This document shows, one piece after another, positions 1-8,086 of a stretch of DNA of 64,000 nucleotides; within the stretch, counting starts at the first letter, position 1; every line of letters begins with the position of its first letter. The stretch is from Nisaea sp. (GTDB lineage Bacteria > Pseudomonadota > Alphaproteobacteria > Thalassobaculales > Thalassobaculaceae): the NCBI RefSeq assembly GCF_017640745.1, contig NZ_JAEPQA010000005.1, forward strand, positions 25,087 to 89,086. The letters are read 5' to 3'. The notes below the pieces were generated by a model. The model made no database searches, was not told the DNA's origin, and was given only the letters and a program-made list of their open reading frames with translations. A program made the position numbers and the translations under genes.

Positions 1-81
1 GATCTGGCCGAGCGCGGCCTCCAGTGCCTTTGTCTTATCCATGGGGTCCCGTTCGATGACTTTGAGTGCTAGTTCCGACAT
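1..81 (-). CDS. recA: RecA recombinase, first 27 codons only (gene runs off the left edge)
   Basis: Reverse-strand translation from ATG at 81 gives MSELALKVIERDPMDKTKALEAALGQI. This matches the conserved RecA N-terminal helix (..DK.KALEAAL.QIE..). A GGAGGA Shine-Dalgarno (complement of 88-93) lies 6 nt upstream. Only a fragment is visible. Confidence 0.7.
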   Translation of the reverse strand, partial: MSELALKVIERDPMDKTKALEAALGQI

Positions 82-189
82 ACCCGATCCTCCATATCTC
101 ACAGGGACGCCTTCCAAGGCAATCAGAGCCGGACCGTCGCCCCGATATGCTTCATGGGCGGGACTGGGCTGATTTCCGAAACCAACCAT

Positions 190-204
190 GTACCATTTTT
201 GTTC
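190..204 (-). promoter_or_regulatory. Possible LexA (SOS) box, one mismatch (GTAC-N7-GTTC)
   Basis: Plus strand reads GTACcatttttGTTC, about 110 bp upstream of the recA ATG. The alphaproteobacterial LexA operator is the direct repeat GTTC-N7-GTTC. This copy has one mismatch. Confidence 0.3.
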
Positions 205-307
205 TCATTTACAGCATTATTTTCACTTTTTGTTCGCGTTCGAAATCTAGGATTCGAGTTCGGACGCCCCACGACATCTTGGGATAGAGAGAAAATTCCC
301 GGATTTT

Positions 308-322
308 GTTCTCATCATGTTC
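308..322 (-). promoter_or_regulatory. LexA (SOS) box, perfect GTTC-N7-GTTC
   Basis: Plus strand reads GTTCtcatcatGTTC. It sits in the recA upstream region, between the cckA-like stop (351) and the recA start (81). It is a perfect match to the alphaproteobacterial SOS-box direct repeat. Confidence 0.5.
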
Positions 323-350
323 CGTCCGAGCAGCAGCGAATCAGAACGCG

Positions 351-2399
351 TCACACAAGCGGGTGCAGCACGTCCTTCACCGTTCCCGCGAGCTGCTTGA
401 GGCTGAACGGCTTCGGCAGGAAATGGATATCCTTGTCCTGCTCGATACGCTGGCGCAGCGCGTCTTCGGAATAGCCTGAGATGCAGATCACGCGCAGGTC
501 GGGCCGGTCTTCCCGCACCTTCCGTACCAGGGTCGGTCCATCCATGCCGGGCATCACCACGTCGGTAATCAGCAGGTCGATCACCTCGCTCTTGTCGGAG
601 AGCAATTGCAGCGCAGCCTCTCCGTTGCGGGCCTCGATCACCTTGTAGCCCTTGTTGCGAAGCGCGCGAGCGCCGAACAGCCGGACCGGATCCTCGTCCT
701 CCACCAGCATGATGGTCTCGACCCCGGTCAGATCCTTCCGGGCATCCGCGGAATCGTGAGACATGTCGCTGGAACGGCTCGGCGTGATCTCGCCCTCGTG
801 CGCCGGCAGGAAGATGGAGAACACCGTGCCCTTCCCGACCGTGCTGGAGACCGAGATGAAGCCGTTGATCTGCTTCACGATGCCGTAGACCGTCGAGAGC
901 CCGAGTCCCGTTCCCTGTCCTACTTCCTTGGTGGAGAAGAAGGGTTCGAAAATGCGGCCGATGATGTCCTCCTCGATCCCGGTGCCGGTATCGGCAACAT
1001 CGAGCCGGACATAGCGTCCCGCCGGCATGACGTCGTCGCCCTGGCGCACCGGGGTGGCGGTGACGAAATCGTGCGTCCGCATGGTGATGGTCCCGCCGCC
1101 CGGACAGGCGTCGCGCGCGTTGACCACGAGATTGATCACCACCTGTTCGAGCTGGCCCTGGTCGACCCGGATCGGCGCCAGATCGCGGCCGTGGGAAATC
1201 TCCAGCGTGATGTTCTCGCCGATGAGGCGGCGCAGAAGGTGCGAGAGATCGGCAAGGGTCTCGGTCACGTCGAGGACCCGCGCGATCATGGTCTGTTGCC
1301 GCGAGAAGGCGAGCAACTGGCGCACCAGATTGGCGGCGCGGTTCGCGTTCTGCTTCACCTGCATGACGTCCGAGAAGGACTGGTCGCCCGGCCGGTGCCG
1401 CACGAGCAGCAGATCGCAATAGCCGTTCATCGCGGTCAGCAGGTTGTTGAAGTCATGCGCCACCCCGCCGGCGAGCTGCCCAACGGCCTGCATTTTCTGC
1501 GACTGGGCGACCTGGGCCTCTAGCTGCCGCCGCCGCCCGATATCGATCAGATAGAGCGCGCAGGTCGCGCCGTCGGGCCCCTCTCCGGAAGCAAGCTCGC
1601 GCGAGAAGACGGCGACTTCCGCCCCGGCCTCCCCGTCGCGTCCGACCAGCTGGACCTCGATGCTGTCGCTTCCACCCGGCCCGGAGGTCTCATCGAGGAA
1701 CCGTTCCGCCGTCTCCCGGTCATCCTCCTCGACGAGTTCCGAGAATGTGCGGCCGCCAAGTCCTCCACCAGCCGCCGTGAGCCCCGTGAAACTCCGGAAC
1801 GTCTCGTTCGAGGCCAGCATCTTGCGTCCGTTGCCGAGAAAAACGACACCGACCGGTGCATATTCCAGCGCCGGCGCTGTCCAGCTCTCCGAAGCCGGGA
1901 CGAGCAGCGCCATGATGCTCTGGCCCGCGCCGCCTTCTTTTGCCGCTTCCGCACTGAGGAGGATCTGGTAGCCCCGCTCCATGGACGGACCCGAGGACGG
2001 CAGGTTACCGGCCGGAAACAGCGTCCCCGCGCCGGCATCGCGGACCGGTTCGAGATTCTTGCTGACAGTCAGCCGGAGCCTGAGAACGGTCTTGTTCGAC
2101 TCGATGCCGTCGAGGCTTCCCTCCGCGAACCGTTCAAGGAACGCCGCGTTGGCTGACAGGAAACGGCCTTCCGAGGAAAACTTGCAGAATGGCAAGGCGA
2201 TCTCGGGCTCCGGCGGGGGCGCATTGCGCTCTGCCTCGAGTTCCGCAGCCAGCGAAGCCGCCTCGGCCGATTTCGCATCCCGCTCGGACTGGATCCACCG
2301 GATCTGCTCCCGCAGGCGCTTGGAATTCACAGCGCATGCAACGGCGGCGCCTCCACCGACAAGAGCGGCACCCATGGCACCGATGATTACTGGATCCAT
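351..2399 (-). CDS. cckA: Hybrid sensor histidine kinase / response regulator, CckA-like
   Basis: 682-aa protein with an N-terminal TM helix, a coiled coil and PAS-like segments. Kinase motifs are the H-box [25 protein letters not shown]-box [11 protein letters not shown], and G-boxes DTGTGI and GTGLGLS. The C-terminal receiver reads [25 protein letters not shown]. The DHp block ([32 protein letters not shown]) and the overall size agree with my recollection of Caulobacter CckA. The kinase call is secure; the CckA orthology is from recall. Confidence 0.75.
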   Translation of the reverse strand: MDPVIIGAMGAALVGGGAAVACAVNSKRLREQIRWIQSERDAKSAEAASLAAELEAERNAPPPEPEIALPFCKFSSEGRFLSANAAFLERFAEGSLDGIESNKTVLRLRLTVSKNLEPVRDAGAGTLFPAGNLPSSGPSMERGYQILLSAEAAKEGGAGQSIMALLVPASESWTAPALEYAPVGVVFLGNGRKMLASNETFRSFTGLTAAGGGLGGRTFSELVEEDDRETAERFLDETSGPGGSDSIEVQLVGRDGEAGAEVAVFSRELASGEGPDGATCALYLIDIGRRRQLEAQVAQSQKMQAVGQLAGGVAHDFNNLLTAMNGYCDLLLVRHRPGDQSFSDVMQVKQNANRAANLVRQLLAFSRQQTMIARVLDVTETLADLSHLLRRLIGENITLEISHGRDLAPIRVDQGQLEQVVINLVVNARDACPGGGTITMRTHDFVTATPVRQGDDVMPAGRYVRLDVADTGTGIEEDIIGRIFEPFFSTKEVGQGTGLGLSTVYGIVKQINGFISVSSTVGKGTVFSIFLPAHEGEITPSRSSDMSHDSADARKDLTGVETIMLVEDEDPVRLFGARALRNKGYKVIEARNGEAALQLLSDKSEVIDLLITDVVMPGMDGPTLVRKVREDRPDLRVICISGYSEDALRQRIEQDKDIHFLPKPFSLKQLAGTVKDVLHPLV

Positions 2400-2463
2400 C
2401 CTGCCCCCCGCAGACCACAGGTCGCGTGCGTCTTTGTCACTCTCATCGCCAGTTTGGGTTCGA

Positions 2464-3534
2464 TCAGTTCATCGGCACGTAGGTCTGGTTCATCTTGAAG
2501 ACGTAGCTGATCACTTCGGCCACCGCCTTGTAATAATCCTCGGGAATTTCCTCATCGAGTTCCGCGTTGTCATACAGTGCCCGGGCGAGCGGCCGGTTCT
2601 CGACCATCGGCACTTCGTTCTCGTTCGCGATCTCGCGAATCCTGAGTGCGACCGCATCGACTCCTTTGGCGACGACGCGCGGTGCCGCCATTTGCTCCAT
2701 GTCGTATTTCAGCGCGATCGCATAATGGGTCGGGTTGGTGATCACCACCGTCGCCTTCGGAACCTCCGCCATCATGCGGGTACGGGCGCGTTCCATGCGC
2801 AGCTGGCGCAGCCGCGCCTTAACATGCGGATCGCCTTCCGTCTGTTTGTGCTCGTCGCGCACTTCCTGCTTGGACATCTTCATCTGGTTCATGAATTCGT
2901 AGCGCTGGTAGAGATAATCGACGACCGCGATCACGGCGGCGACGGCCAGCACGCCGATAAAGATCTCGATCGCCACAAAATGGGTTTCGTCCAGCAGCTC
3001 CTTCAGATCCATCTGGACCATCAGATCGATGCGCGAGAACTCGGGCTTGACGATCAGGTAGGCAACGAAGCCGACAAGGATCATCTTCACGATCCCTTTC
3101 AGCAGCTCGACCACCGATTTCAGGCTGAACAGCCGCTTGGCCCCGCTGATCGGAGAGATCTTCTCCAGTTTCGGCTGAATGGATTCAGGCGACATCAGCC
3201 AGCCGATCTGCATCAGGACGCCGAGCGCCGCCAGCACCACGAGCAATGCCAGCGCCGGCGCGATCGCGAGACCGACCCCCAGCAGCATATCGATCATGAT
3301 TGCGCCGGAGCCCGTGACATCGATCATGTCCGGGCGCTCGATGAAGATGAGCAGCGACTCCGTCAGGCCGCGCATCGTGAAAGGCCCGACCAGCCCGACG
3401 ACCACGGTGGCGCCCAGAAGGATGGCGAAATTATTCACCTCCTTGGAGCTGAGGACCTGCCCCTTCTCGCGCGCCTGCGAGAGTTTTCGCGCAGACGCTT
3501 CCTCTGTCTTATCGCCCTGGTCCTGATCGGACAT
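2464..3534 (-). CDS. flhB: Flagellar export apparatus protein FlhB
   Basis: The N-terminus MSDQDQGDKTEEASARKLSQAREKGQV is typical of FlhB. Four TM segments are present, as is the autocleavage motif VVITNPTHYAIALKY. I prefer the ATG at 3534, which has GGAG 8 nt upstream, over the longer ORF start at 3570. Confidence 0.92.
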   Translation of the reverse strand: MSDQDQGDKTEEASARKLSQAREKGQVLSSKEVNNFAILLGATVVVGLVGPFTMRGLTESLLIFIERPDMIDVTGSGAIMIDMLLGVGLAIAPALALLVVLAALGVLMQIGWLMSPESIQPKLEKISPISGAKRLFSLKSVVELLKGIVKMILVGFVAYLIVKPEFSRIDLMVQMDLKELLDETHFVAIEIFIGVLAVAAVIAVVDYLYQRYEFMNQMKMSKQEVRDEHKQTEGDPHVKARLRQLRMERARTRMMAEVPKATVVITNPTHYAIALKYDMEQMAAPRVVAKGVDAVALRIREIANENEVPMVENRPLARALYDNAELDEEIPEDYYKAVAEVISYVFKMNQTYVPMN

Positions 3535-3596
3535 CGCAGCGGCTCCATCTGCGGTCCCCTGCCGCGTCACTCACGCGGCTACGGTTTCGCACTTGC

Positions 3597-4361
3597 TCAG
3601 ATCGGGACGACGTAGCGCCCGATACTCTCGGAATAATACTCCAAAAACACCATCATCGCGCCGCCCAGAACAAGCGACAGGATGACGAGCCCCATCATCA
3701 CCTGAACCGGAAGCGCGACGAAGAAGATCTGCAGCTGCGGCATCAGCCGGGCCATGATGCCCATCACAACATAGAACAGCAGCCCCAGGACGAGAAACGG
3801 CGCCGAGATCTGGATCGCGATCTCGAAACTGTTCGCGATGATCCGGGAGATCGCGTCCGCGAAATCCGCCACTGGAAGCGCTGCCCCTGGCGGGAACAGG
3901 GTGTAGCTGTCGATCATGGCACGGATCAGCAGGTGATGCAGGTCCGCGATCAGCAACAGCAGCGTCGCGAGATTGAGCAGGAAGAAGCCCGGCAGCGAGC
4001 CCTGGGTCGCCAGCGCCGGGTTGAAGATCTGCGCGTTCGCGAGGCCGGTATTCATTGCGATCACCTGCCCGGCGGTATCGAGCGACAGCAGCACGATCCT
4101 CGCGACAATGCCGAAATAGAGCCCGATGACCAATTCGATGAACAGCAGCCGAACGAGCTCCGGCGCCGTCGGCGCGAACGGGATGGTGTTCCCGACCAGG
4201 GGGGCGACGACGAGGCTGAGCCCGATCGCCAGGATCATACGGAACTGGACCGGGACGAAGGTTTCCCCGATGCCCGGTATCAGCATGACGGTCCCACCGA
4301 CCCGGGCGAGCACGAGCAGGACGATGTAGACCTGGGTCGGGAGAAAGTCCTCAAGGGGCAC
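3597..4361 (-). CDS. fliR: Flagellar export apparatus protein FliR
   Basis: 254-aa polytopic membrane protein. It sits between fliQ and flhB, which is the conserved fliQ-fliR-flhB order. The N-terminus VLLVLARVGGTVMLIPGIG is typical of FliR. Confidence 0.9.
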   Translation of the reverse strand: MPLEDFLPTQVYIVLLVLARVGGTVMLIPGIGETFVPVQFRMILAIGLSLVVAPLVGNTIPFAPTAPELVRLLFIELVIGLYFGIVARIVLLSLDTAGQVIAMNTGLANAQIFNPALATQGSLPGFFLLNLATLLLLIADLHHLLIRAMIDSYTLFPPGAALPVADFADAISRIIANSFEIAIQISAPFLVLGLLFYVVMGIMARLMPQLQIFFVALPVQVMMGLVILSLVLGGAMMVFLEYYSESIGRYVVPI

Positions 4362-4374
4362 GGCGGGCTCCGCC

Positions 4375-4641
4375 CTATCCGAGGGAAATGATCTTGTCGG
4401 CGATCGACTGCATGAAGGCGTTCAGCGTATTCAGCATGAAAGGCAGGAAGAAGATCAGTCCGGCAAAGACGATGATGATCTTCGGCACGAAGACCAGGGT
4501 CATCTCCTGCAACTGCGTCAGGGCCTGGAACAGGGCGATGATCAGTCCGATCGCGAGACCGAGCAGCATGATCGGCGACGACATCGTCAACATCGTCAGA
4601 ACCGCCTCGCGGCCGATCTCGATCGCCTCGACTTCGTTCAT
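4375..4641 (-). CDS. fliQ: Flagellar export apparatus protein FliQ
   Basis: 88-aa protein with two TM segments. Contains the FliQ pattern GLIIALFQALTQLQEMTLVFVPKI. Confidence 0.92.
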   Translation of the reverse strand: MNEVEAIEIGREAVLTMLTMSSPIMLLGLAIGLIIALFQALTQLQEMTLVFVPKIIIVFAGLIFFLPFMLNTLNAFMQSIADKIISLG

Positions 4642-4667
4642 GCCCGCCCCCCGGCAAAACAGGTGCA

Positions 4668-4688
4668 GCCCGGCAATAATTGCCGGGC
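4668..4688. repeat. 21-bp perfect palindrome GCCCGGCAAT-A-ATTGCCGGGC in the fliE-fliQ spacer
   Basis: Read directly from the sequence: two 10-bp arms around a single central base. A further CCCGGCAA copy lies at 4650-4657. The arms carry the same CCCGGCA core seen in other flagellar control regions of this window. Confidence 0.9.
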
Positions 4689-4750
4689 AAGAATTGACCC
4701 GTAGATTATGCCGCCAAAAGGCGGTCCGGTAAAACCCGACGCGATGACCG

Positions 4751-5062
4751 TCAGATCGGCATCCGGATGATTTCCTGGTAGGCCTGCACCATCCGGTCGC
4801 GCAGCGTGACGATGGTCCGGAGGGTGATATCGGCGCTGTTCACCGCCTGCACGACGTCGGTCAGGTCCGCCTCGCCGGCGATTCCCTTCATCGACATCTG
4901 TTCGCCCGTCTGCATGGTGCCGAGGGCATCATGCGCGGCGCCTTTCACGAAGCTGGCGAAATCCTGACCCGCAACGCTTGCGGTCTTGGACTCTTCCGCT
5001 CCCGGAACCTTGCCGATTCCGGCCGCTCCAAGCGCATTTCCGATATTGGCCACCATTGCCAT
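4751..5062 (-). CDS. fliE: Flagellar hook-basal body protein FliE
   Basis: 103-aa protein. The C-terminus LRTIVTLRDRMVQAYQEIIRMPI matches the FliE signature (..R.K.V.AYQEI..M). It lies downstream of flgB-flgC. Confidence 0.88.
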   Translation of the reverse strand: MAMVANIGNALGAAGIGKVPGAEESKTASVAGQDFASFVKGAAHDALGTMQTGEQMSMKGIAGEADLTDVVQAVNSADITLRTIVTLRDRMVQAYQEIIRMPI

Positions 5063-5132
5063 TCTCCAATCGGGTTCGGTCCGATTCTAGCGGGAAACCG
5101 CCCCCCTTGCCAGCATTACGCCGTGCCGCGGA

Positions 5133-5543
5133 CTAGGCCCGCAACAGGTCGACCGTACGCTGCAGCATGCTGCGCGCCATCTCGATGGACGAAAGGTTCG
5201 CCTCGTAGGTCCGCTGCGCCTCGCGCATATCCATCATCTCGATCAGCGAGTTCACGTTCGGCCGGCGAACATAGCCCTCCTCGTCCGCGAGCGGGTGGAA
5301 CGGCTCATAGGCAAGCTCGAAGTCCGAATCGTCGCGGCCGATCTTCGCCACCCGCACCATTTCGGCATTCACATCGCGGTTCATGAAGTTCTCGAACACG
5401 ATGGTCTTGCGCCGGTACGGGTCCTGCCCCTTGACCGAGCCGAGCGAGTCGGCGTTCGCCACGTTTTCCGAGATGACCCGAAGCCGGGTCCCCTGGGCCC
5501 GCATGCCGGATGCGGAAATCTTGATCGCGGAATTGAGATCCAT
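5133..5543 (-). CDS. flgC: Flagellar proximal rod protein FlgC
   Basis: N-terminus MDLNSAIKISASGMRAQGTRLRVISENVANADS and C-terminus MDMREAQRTYEANLSSIEMARSMLQRTVDLL are both typical of FlgC. Confidence 0.94.
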   Translation of the reverse strand: MDLNSAIKISASGMRAQGTRLRVISENVANADSLGSVKGQDPYRRKTIVFENFMNRDVNAEMVRVAKIGRDDSDFELAYEPFHPLADEEGYVRRPNVNSLIEMMDMREAQRTYEANLSSIEMARSMLQRTVDLLRA

Positions 5544-5571
5544 GACAGGGTTCCTTTCCTAGCCGTTCCGC

Positions 5572-5982
5572 TTAGCGGCTGTTGCCGCCGAGCGCAGTCC
5601 GGAACATGCCGATCTGCTTGTTGTAGAGGTTGAGCGCGAGGTCGTATTGCAGCTTGGTGTCCTGCACTGCGATCATCTGCTCTTCCAGCACCACGCCGTT
5701 GCCGTTCGGGCTCGCCTCGTAGACGTCCTTCTGGCTCTTTTCGTCGATCCGGTAGTCGGATTTCGGCAGGACGCCGCTGATATGATTGCCTTCGGTCTTG
5801 GCAACCTGGAGCTTCGTCACCTGCTGCAGGTTGCGCTTGAAATCGAGCGGCGTCAGATCCTGCGCCCGGTAGCTCGGAGAGTCCGCATTGGCGATGTTCT
5901 GCGACAGGACCGACTGACGCTCGGAGAGCCAGTTCATCTTCTGGTGCGCCATTCGCAGCAGGTTTGAATTGTCGATCGCCAT
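5572..5982 (-). CDS. flgB: Flagellar proximal rod protein FlgB
   Basis: The internal ATG at 5982 gives MAIDNSNLLRMAHQKMNWLSERQSVLSQNIANADSPSYRAQD..., the rod-family N-terminus. The 107-codon upstream extension of the tracked ORF (to 6303) is Arg/Ala/Ser-rich with no FlgB similarity. That extension also overlaps the divergent promoter region. Confidence 0.9.
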   Translation of the reverse strand: MAIDNSNLLRMAHQKMNWLSERQSVLSQNIANADSPSYRAQDLTPLDFKRNLQQVTKLQVAKTEGNHISGVLPKSDYRIDEKSQKDVYEASPNGNGVVLEEQMIAVQDTKLQYDLALNLYNKQIGMFRTALGGNSR

Positions 5983-6044
5983 TACGAACCTCTCTTTCGA
6001 GACCCTTGTTCCGGTGCCCCATCGGGGTGTCTGCCGGGATAAAA

Positions 6045-6059
6045 GCAAACACCGTGCCA
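6045..6059 (-). promoter_or_regulatory. Sigma54 promoter upstream of flgB (TGGCACGGTGTTTGC)
   Basis: The minus strand reads TGGCAC-GGTGT-TTGC, with canonical GG-N10-GC spacing. It lies 63 nt upstream of the flgB ATG. Confidence 0.7.
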
Positions 6060-6100
6060 AGATTGTCCGGTTTGGGTTGAGCGGGGCCTCGCATATACTC

Positions 6101-6508
6101 ATGACCATGACGGAACGGGTTCGAAACATCGCCGGAACGGCAGCCGGCGCGACGGATGAGGAAAGCCGCGAGAAACAGCGCGCGACCATGGAGCGGCGCG
6201 CGGCCAACGCGCGCCGGGCCGCCGATGCCATGAAGGACCGGCAGGTGGCGATCGCCCTCGACCACGATGCCGGGACCGAGGAAGCGCCCAGGGTCATCGC
6301 CAAGGGCTATGGCGAACTTGCCGAGAAAATTCTACGTCTCGCATTCGACAATGACGTGAAGGTGCGAAAGGATCCCGACCTCGCGCAGATCCTTGCCGCT
6401 GTCGAGGTGGACTGCGAAATTCCGGTCGAGGCCTTTGCCGCCGTCGCCGAGATCCTGACCTATGTCTACCGTGCGAACGAGCGGCTGAGGTCCGGGGAGA
6501 CATCATGA
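6101..6508 (+). CDS. FlhB C-terminal-domain-only protein (FlhB-CC-like, lacks TM region and NPTH site)
   Basis: Residues ..VAIALDHDAGTEEAPRVIAKGYGELAEKILRLAFDNDVKVRKDPDLAQILAAVEVDCEIPVEAFAAVAEILTYVYRAN align colinearly with FlhB of this window. The matching FlhB segment is HYAIALKYDMEQMAAPRVVAKGVDAVALRIREIANENEVPMVENRPLARALYDNAELDEEIPEDYYKAVAEVISYVFKMN. The start at 6101 (MTMTERV) is uncertain. Confidence 0.7.
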   Translation: MTMTERVRNIAGTAAGATDEESREKQRATMERRAANARRAADAMKDRQVAIALDHDAGTEEAPRVIAKGYGELAEKILRLAFDNDVKVRKDPDLAQILAAVEVDCEIPVEAFAAVAEILTYVYRANERLRSGETS

Positions 6509-6837
6509 GCACCGAAAACGGAAACGAGATCGCCGAACGGCTGGCATCTGTCAAAGCCCGGCTCGAAGCGACGCTTCAGGACCCCGCAAGCGCGGTTTCC
6601 GGCGCACTGACCGGTCTCGAAACGGATGTCGCGCGGATCTGCGCCACGATCCCCTCCCTTCCTCCGAAGCAGGCGCATGCTCTCGCCCCGGACATGAAAC
6701 ATGTGATCGGCCTGCTCGAACTGCTTTCGGAAGCGATCGCGGAGAAAGCCGCTGCGGAACCCGCAGGCGCCGATTCCGCCGCCCGGCGCCGTCAGGCCGC
6801 CGCCGCCTATGGTGCCGGCCGCAAGCGCGGAAGCTGA
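6505..6837 (+). CDS. Hypothetical small helical protein, translationally coupled to the FlhB-CTD-like gene
   Basis: 110 aa. Its ATG overlaps the upstream TGA (ATGA at 6505-6508), and GGGGAGA lies 5 nt upstream. The protein is Ala/Leu/Glu-rich with a basic tail. I recognise no family. Confidence 0.5.
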   Translation: MSTENGNEIAERLASVKARLEATLQDPASAVSGALTGLETDVARICATIPSLPPKQAHALAPDMKHVIGLLELLSEAIAEKAAAEPAGADSAARRRQAAAAYGAGRKRGS

Positions 6838-6953
6838 CCCGGCTCCGGCCGAAAGCCCCGGTTTCCGGCATCTGCGTAGACCGCTCCCCATCCGTCTGCC
6901 CCCCCTACCGCTTGTCTGTTCCCATCCGCGACGCCTTATGAAATGCTTCCCCC

Positions 6954-7292
6954 ATGGGTTTCGAGGTCTATCTCAGGTTTTTCCTCGCCTTCGCCTTTAC
7001 CATCGGCTTGATCGGCGCGGTTTACTGGATTGCCAGGCGGTATGCCGGGCGCTTCGGAATCGTGCGCGCGCACACCGCCGGGCGCCTGTCCCTGACCGGA
7101 CAATTCTCCCTCGACACGCGCAGGCGCCTGGTGCTTGTGCGCCGCGACGACCGTGAGCACCTTCTGCTGCTCGGCCCGAACAACGACCTGCTGATCGAAA
7201 GCGGGATATCGTCGGATCCGGACAGCTTCGCCGCCGCCCTGAGGGACGCCAAAGTTCCGGTCGCGACCACAGATACGGATAAGAGCTCATGA
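6954..7292 (+). CDS. fliO: Flagellar biosynthesis protein FliO
   Basis: 112 aa with a single N-terminal TM helix (FFLAFAFTIGLIGAVYWIA). The motif RRLVLVRRDDREHLLLLG is typical of FliO. Its stop overlaps the fliP start (ATGA at 7289-7292). Confidence 0.72.
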   Translation: MGFEVYLRFFLAFAFTIGLIGAVYWIARRYAGRFGIVRAHTAGRLSLTGQFSLDTRRRLVLVRRDDREHLLLLGPNNDLLIESGISSDPDSFAAALRDAKVPVATTDTDKSS

Positions 7293-8065
7293 GTGCCGTA
7301 CCCCTGCTCCGACACCGTTCCCTGCGGATAATTCTCGGCGCCCTGCTCGTCTCTGTACTTTCGCTGGCCGCCTTTGCACCGGAGACGGTCGCCCAGACCC
7401 TGACACTCGATATCGGCGAGCCCGGCGGGTCGACCACGGCGCGCCTGATCCAGCTTGTCGCCGCGATCACCCTGCTCTCGCTCGCACCAGGCATTCTGGT
7501 GACCGTGACGTCCTTCACGCGGCTGGTGATCGTCTTCTCGCTGCTGCGGACCGCACTCGGAACCCAGCAGTCGCCGCCTAACCTGGTGATCGTCAGCCTC
7601 GCGCTATTCCTTACCGGCTTCATCATGGCGCCGACGCTCGAACAGGCCTGGGAAGACGGCGTAGCCCCGCTGATCGCCGAGCGGATCGACGAATTCGAGG
7701 CCTTCGAGCGGGCGGTCGCGCCGTTCCGCACCTTCATGCTCGCCCAGGTGCGCGAGAAGGACCTGGCGCTGTTCGAGGATATCGGTCAGGTCGGGCCGGC
7801 AGAGACCGGTGCCAATGCGCCGCTGAAAGTACTGGTACCGGCCTTCATGATCAGTGAGCTCCGGCGCGCCTTCGAGATCGGCTTCCTGATCTATCTGCCC
7901 TTCGTCATCATCGACATGGTCGTGGCCTCGATCCTGATGTCGATGGGCATGATGATGGTGCCGCCGGTGATCGTCTCCCTGCCCTTCAAGCTGATCTTCT
8001 TCGTGCTGGTCGACGGCTGGTACCTGATCGCCGGCAGCATGGTGCGGAGTTTCGGAGGCGGATAG
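7289..8065 (+). CDS. fliP: Flagellar export apparatus protein FliP
   Basis: A signal-like N-terminus is followed by the FliP core: FTRLVIVFSLLRTALGTQQSPPNLVIVSLALFLTGFIMAP and ELRRAFEIGFLIYLPFVIIDMVVASILMSMGMMMVPP. Confidence 0.94.
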   Translation: MSAVPLLRHRSLRIILGALLVSVLSLAAFAPETVAQTLTLDIGEPGGSTTARLIQLVAAITLLSLAPGILVTVTSFTRLVIVFSLLRTALGTQQSPPNLVIVSLALFLTGFIMAPTLEQAWEDGVAPLIAERIDEFEAFERAVAPFRTFMLAQVREKDLALFEDIGQVGPAETGANAPLKVLVPAFMISELRRAFEIGFLIYLPFVIIDMVVASILMSMGMMMVPPVIVSLPFKLIFFVLVDGWYLIAGSMVRSFGGG

Positions 8066-8086
8066 CTCTCAGCCCCAAAGCAGTGA

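Noticed and set aside
1981-3615. 544-aa plus-strand ORF spanning the cckA-like and flhB genes
   Set aside because: It crosses the boundary of two well-supported minus-strand genes and has biased composition with no motifs. It is a GC artefact.
5109-5122. Sigma54-like CGGCGTAATGCTGGCA (minus strand) between flgC and fliE
   Set aside because: The -24 element (CGGCGT) and the -12 element (TGGCA) both deviate from consensus. It lies inside an apparently continuous operon and is likely chance.
5983-6303. N-terminal 107-codon extension of the flgB ORF
   Set aside because: The extension has no FlgB similarity. It would run through the sigma54 promoter and the divergent FlhB-CTD-like gene. The conserved FlgB N-terminus begins at the ATG at 5982.
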